The notes beneath the pieces are model-generated. The model was not told the DNA's origin, did not search any database, and was given only the letters and a program-made list of their open reading frames with translations. Below are positions 27,220-31,446 of a stretch of 31,446 bases of DNA, in pieces. Each line of letters starts with the position of its first letter. The first letter of the stretch is position 1. Origin of the DNA: a virus. Lineage: Duplodnaviria > Heunggongvirae > Uroviricota > Caudoviricetes. The position numbers and the translations under genes are program-made. The stretch is from the IMG/VR virus record IMGVR_UViG_2872698443_000005. One strand, written 5' to 3'.

Positions 27220-30183
27220 ATGGCAGTAAAGATTTCAGGTGTACTGAAAGACGGCACAGGAAAACCGGTACAGAACTGCACAATCCAGCTGAAAGCAAAA
27301 CGTAACAGCACCAGGGTGGTGGTGAACACGCTGGCCTCAGAAAATCCGGATGAAGCCGGGCGTTACAGCATGGACGTTGAGTACGGGCAGTACAGCGTTA
27401 TTCTGTTGGTGGAGGGATTCCCGCCGTCACATGCCGGGACCATCACCGTGTATGAAGATTCTCAACCCGGTACGCTGAATGATTTTCTCGGTGCCATGAC
27501 GGAGGATGATGCCCGTCCGGAGGCATTGCGACGTTTTGAACTGATGGTGGAAGAGGTGGCGCGTAACGCGTCCGCAGTGGCACAGAACACGGCAGCCGCG
27601 AAGAAGTCAGCCAGTGATGCCAGCACATCTGCCAGTGAGGCGGCAACCCATGCGACTGATGCTGCAGATTCAGCACGTGCAGCCAGCACGTCAGCCGGAC
27701 AGGCCGCGACGTCGGCTCAGGAGGCTTTTTCCAGCGCAGGAACGGCATCAGCAAAAGCCTCTGAGGCATCAAAAAGTGCTGCCGCTGCAGAGTCCTCAAA
27801 AAGCGCGGCGGCCACCAATGCCGGTGCGGCGAAAACGTCAGAAACGAATGCGGCAGCGTCACAACAATCAGCAGCCACTTCTGCATCCACCGCGACCACG
27901 AAAGCGTCAGAAGCAGCCACTTCAGCACGGGATGCGTCGGCTTCAAAAGAGGCGGCAAAATCATCAGAAACGAACGCAGCCTCGAGCGCCAGCAGCGCAG
28001 CTTCCTCGGCAACGGCGGCAGGAAATTCCGCGAAGGCGGCAAAAACGTCCGAGACGAACGCTAAGTCTTCTGAAACGGCAGCGGAACAGAGTGCCTCCGC
28101 AGCAGCAGACTCAAAAACAGCGGCTGCGTCGTCTGCCAGTGCAGCGTCAACAAGTGCGGGGCAGGCCTCAGCCAGTGCTAGCGCCGCCGGAAAATCGGCA
28201 GAAAGCGCTGCATCGTCCGCTTCAATAGCCACAACGAAGGCTGGCGAAGCCGCGGAACAGGCCAGCGCAGCAGCGAGGTCTGCATCCGCAGCGAAGACAT
28301 CCGAAACGAACGCGAAAGCGTCGGAAACCAGCGCAGAATCCTCAAAAACGGCTGCCGCATCGTCAGCCAGTTCGGCGGCGTCATCGGCATCATCGGCGTC
28401 TGCTTCAAAAGATGAGGCGACCAGACAGGCGTCAGCAGCGAAGGGCAGCGCCACGACGGCATCCACGAAGGCGACAGAGGCAGCTGGCAGTGCGACGGCG
28501 GCAGCTCAGAGCAAAAGTACGGCGGAGTCCGCGGCAACGCGCGCCGAGACAGCAGCAAAACGGGCAGAGGATATTGCATCCGCCGTGGCGCTTGAGGATG
28601 CGAGCACGACGAAAAAGGGGATAGTACAGCTCAGCAGTGCGACTAACAGCACTTCCGAGTCACTGGCGGCAACGCCAAAAGCCGTTAAGGCCGCGTATGA
28701 GCTGGCTAACGGGAAATACACCGCACAGGATGCAACGACAGCACAGAAAGGGATAGTTCAGCTCAGCAGCGCGACCAACAGCACATCTGAAATGCTGGCG
28801 GCAACGCCAAAGTCGGTAAAGGCAGCCTATGACCTTGCTAACGGGAAATATACTGCTCAGGACGCTACGACAGCACAAAAAGGAATTGTCCAGCTCAGTA
28901 GTGCAACCAACAGCGCATCTGAAACGCTTGCCGCGACACCGAAAGCAGTGAAAGCAGCTAATGATAATGCGAATGGTCGGGTACCTTCTGCCCGTAAGGT
29001 GAATGGTAAGGCGCTTTCAGCGGATATAACACTGACGCCGAAAGATATTGGTACGCTTAACTCAACAACAATGTCATTCAGCGGTGGTGCTGGTTGGTTC
29101 AAATTAGCAACGGTAACCATGCCACAGGCGAGTTCTGTTGTTTCAATTACGTTGATTGGTGGCGCGGGATTTAACGTGGGGTCACCTCAACAGGCAGGTA
29201 TATCTGAACTTGTTTTGCGTGCAGGTAATGGTAATCCGAAGGGGATTACTGGTGCTTTATGGCAGCGCACATCGACAGGGTTTACAAATTTTGCCTGGGT
29301 CAATACATCTGGTGATACTTACGATATTTACGTTGCAATCGGAAATTATGCGACTGGTGTAAATATTCAATGGGATTATACCAGTAATGCCAGCGTGACG
29401 ATTCATACGTCACCAGCATATTCTGCTAATAAGCCGGAAGGGTTAACGGACGGTACAGTTTATTCACTCTATACGCCATCAGAGCAGTTTTATCCGCCTG
29501 GCGCACCAATCCCGTGGCCATCAGATACCGTTCCGTCTGGCTATGCCCTGATGCAGGGGCAGACTTTTGACAAATCTGCATACCCGAAACTTGCAGCCGC
29601 TTATCCGTCAGGCGTGATCCCTGATATGCGTGGCTGGACGATTAAGGGCAAACCCGCCAGTGGTCGTGCCGTATTGTCTCAGGAACAGGACGGCATTAAA
29701 TCGCACACCCACAGCGCCAGCGCATCCAGTACGGATTTGGGGACGAAAAACACATCGTCGTTTGATTACGGAACCAAATCCACGAATAACACCGGGGCGC
29801 ATACCCATAGTATTAGCGGGACTGCAAATAGTGCCGGTGCGCACCAACACAAGAGTTCCGGTGCATTTGGTGGCACGAACACGAGCATTTTCCCTAATGG
29901 TTATACCGCGATTTCAAATCTAAGCGCGGGGATTATGAGCACAACAAGCGGTAGTGGCCAGACTCGTAATGCAGGGAAGACATCATCAGATGGTGCTCAT
30001 ACCCACTCGCTGTCCGGCACTGCTGCAAGCGCAGGCGCACATGCACATACTGTCGGTATTGGTGCTCATACGCACTCCGTTGCGATTGGTTCACATGGAC
30101 ACACCATCACCGTTAACGCTGCTGGTAACGCGGAAAACACCGTCAAAAACATCGCATTTAACTATATTGTGAGGCTTGCATAA
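27220..30183 (+). CDS. stf: Side tail fibre protein Stf
   Basis: 988 aa from ATG 27220 (track ORF starts 6 nt earlier at GTG). N-terminus [26 protein letters not shown]... and C-terminus ...[35 protein letters not shown] match recalled lambda Stf. Long Ala/Ser/Thr-rich low-complexity segment (about 27590-28570) and tandem repeats in the middle. Confidence 0.9.
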   Translation: MAVKISGVLKDGTGKPVQNCTIQLKAKRNSTRVVVNTLASENPDEAGRYSMDVEYGQYSVILLVEGFPPSHAGTITVYEDSQPGTLNDFLGAMTEDDARPEALRRFELMVEEVARNASAVAQNTAAAKKSASDASTSASEAATHATDAADSARAASTSAGQAATSAQEAFSSAGTASAKASEASKSAAAAESSKSAAATNAGAAKTSETNAAASQQSAATSASTATTKASEAATSARDASASKEAAKSSETNAASSASSAASSATAAGNSAKAAKTSETNAKSSETAAEQSASAAADSKTAAASSASAASTSAGQASASASAAGKSAESAASSASIATTKAGEAAEQASAAARSASAAKTSETNAKASETSAESSKTAAASSASSAASSASSASASKDEATRQASAAKGSATTASTKATEAAGSATAAAQSKSTAESAATRAETAAKRAEDIASAVALEDASTTKKGIVQLSSATNSTSESLAATPKAVKAAYELANGKYTAQDATTAQKGIVQLSSATNSTSEMLAATPKSVKAAYDLANGKYTAQDATTAQKGIVQLSSATNSASETLAATPKAVKAANDNANGRVPSARKVNGKALSADITLTPKDIGTLNSTTMSFSGGAGWFKLATVTMPQASSVVSITLIGGAGFNVGSPQQAGISELVLRAGNGNPKGITGALWQRTSTGFTNFAWVNTSGDTYDIYVAIGNYATGVNIQWDYTSNASVTIHTSPAYSANKPEGLTDGTVYSLYTPSEQFYPPGAPIPWPSDTVPSGYALMQGQTFDKSAYPKLAAAYPSGVIPDMRGWTIKGKPASGRAVLSQEQDGIKSHTHSASASSTDLGTKNTSSFDYGTKSTNNTGAHTHSISGTANSAGAHQHKSSGAFGGTNTSIFPNGYTAISNLSAGIMSTTSGSGQTRNAGKTSSDGAHTHSLSGTAASAGAHAHTVGIGAHTHSVAIGSHGHTITVNAAGNAENTVKNIAFNYIVRLA
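28615..28965 (+). repeat. About 2.7 tandem copies of a 132-bp (44-codon) coding repeat inside stf
   Basis: Repeats encode [15 protein letters not shown](S/M)LAATPK(A/S)VKAAY(E/D)[15 protein letters not shown], starting at 28615, 28747 and 28879 (third copy diverges). Confidence 0.75.
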
Positions 30184-30758
30184 TGGCATTCAGAATGAGT
30201 GAACAACCACAGACCATAAAAATTTATAATCTGCTGGCCGGAACTAATGAATTTATTGGTGAAGGTGACGCATATATTCCGCCTCATACAGGTCTGCCAG
30301 CAAACAGTACCGATATTGCACCGCCAGATATTCCGGCAGGCTTCGTGGCTGTTTTCAACAGTGATGAGGCATCGTGGCATCTCGTTGAAGATCATCGGGG
30401 AAAAACCGTCTATGACGTGGCTTCCGGCGACGCGTTATTTATTTCTGAACTCGGTCCGTTACCGGAAAATGTTACCTGGTTATCGCCGGAAGGGGAGTTT
30501 CAGAAGTGGAACGGCACAGCCTGGGTGAAGGATACGGAAGCAGAAAAACTGTTCCGGATCCGGGAGGCGGAAGAAACAAAAAACAACCTGATGCAGGTAG
30601 CCAGTGAGCATATTGCGCCGTTTCAGGATGCTGCAGATCTGGAAATTGCAACGGAGGAAGAAATCTCGTTGCTGGAAGCATGGAAAAAGTATCGGGTATT
30701 GCTGAACCGTGTTGATACGTCAACTGCACAGGATATTGAATGGCCAGCACTGCCGTAG
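30183..30758 (+). CDS. tfa: Tail fibre assembly protein Tfa
   Basis: 191 aa; start overlaps the stf stop (TAATG); lies immediately downstream of stf as in lambda. Confidence 0.85.
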   Translation: MAFRMSEQPQTIKIYNLLAGTNEFIGEGDAYIPPHTGLPANSTDIAPPDIPAGFVAVFNSDEASWHLVEDHRGKTVYDVASGDALFISELGPLPENVTWLSPEGEFQKWNGTAWVKDTEAEKLFRIREAEETKNNLMQVASEHIAPFQDAADLEIATEEEISLLEAWKKYRVLLNRVDTSTAQDIEWPALP

Positions 30759-30855
30759 GGTAAAACATATAAATTCTATAATTAGATGTATCTTTCCATT
30801 TACGGCAAGGAAGGGGGCTTGGAACACGTAAAGCATCTCACACCGAGATTATTTT

Positions 30856-31446
30856 TTATATGTCAGGTGTCTGAAGTTTTGCTTTGGCTCTTAAAATGGT
30901 TTGCCGCGAGGTTTTGAATTCCCGGGCAATGGCACTTATACTTACACCTGACTTAATTCGTTCGAATACCACCTGTTTCTGTTCTTCATTTAACACAGGT
31001 GGTCGACCAAAACGTTTCCCTGCGCCGCGGGCTCTTACTATCCCGGAATGAGTGCGTTCAAGTAAAAGGTCTCGTTCAAATTCAGCGACTGCTGAAATTA
31101 CTTGCATCATCATTTTTCCTGTTGGACTGGTCAGGTCAATGCCACCCAATGCTAAGCAATGCACTCTGATACCTGTTTCTGTCAGTTGTTCCACTGTTTT
31201 CCTGATATCCATTGCATTACAACCAAGGCGATCCAGTTTTGTCACAATCAATTGATCACCACATTTCAGGCGAGCAAGCAACCGGTTAAAACCAGGACGC
31301 TCACTGGTTGCTGCTGAGCCGCTAATGTGTTCTTCGATTATTTGCTGAGGTTTGATTTTAAAACCTGCACTTTCGATTTCCCGGCGTTGATTTTCGGTGG
31401 TCTGATCCAGCGTTGATATCCGACAGTAAGCAAAAATTCGAGACAT
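30856..31446 (-). CDS. Serine recombinase (resolvase/invertase family); start codon coincides with the window end
   Basis: Minus-strand 196-aa [18 protein letters not shown]... with the catalytic-serine motif (YxRxS near the N-terminus), a KLDRLGC motif and a C-terminal helix-turn-helix ([19 protein letters not shown]). Convergent with tfa. The N-terminus is not the MLIGYVRVST type recalled for Pin/Gin/Hin invertases. Confidence 0.8.

Noticed and set aside
27443-28579. Several long ORFs on both strands (for example 27717-28466 minus, 249 aa; 27614-28228 plus, Arg/Gln-rich; 27443-28042 minus) that look like novel low-complexity proteins.
   Set aside because: They lie entirely within stf and are out-of-frame or antisense readings of its GC-rich Ala/Ser/Thr codon repeats; no RBS or independent start context.
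28615-28965. Tandem repeats considered as a possible CRISPR-like or non-coding repeat array.
   Set aside because: Repeat unit is 132 bp, in frame within stf, with no spacers of unique sequence; it is a coding protein repeat.
30759-30855. Crossover site (gix/hix-like) for the serine recombinase in the tfa-recombinase intergenic region.
   Set aside because: No convincing 26-bp imperfect palindrome with a central AA/TT dinucleotide could be identified by eye; left as unresolved rather than called.

Overview
The window is the late half of a lambdoid prophage: lysis cassette, accessory (moron) genes, cos, terminase, head genes and a complete lambda-like tail module (Z, U, V, G/T, H, M, L, K, I, J, lom, stf, tfa). 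Its left end is joined to a chromosomal Zn-dependent dehydrogenase gene (rspB-like) through one IS1 and one IS3 copy. No integrase, repressor, replication or Q antiterminator gene is present, so the early region appears to have been lost and the prophage looks defective. Four genes carry single-nucleotide lesions: an in-frame TGA in the endolysin, 1-bp deletions in G-runs of tail genes K and J, and a possible indel in a ynfN-like ORF. Whether these are real decay or homopolymer sequencing errors cannot be decided from the sequence. I found no CRISPR array, tRNA or rRNA, and no recognisable defence system; the least-explained content is a set of small uncharacterised ORFs between the lysis cassette and cos, plus a ydfR-like ORF inside the lysis cassette. 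Protein identities are from memory of lambda, phage 21 and E. coli K-12 Qin proteins; no search was run.
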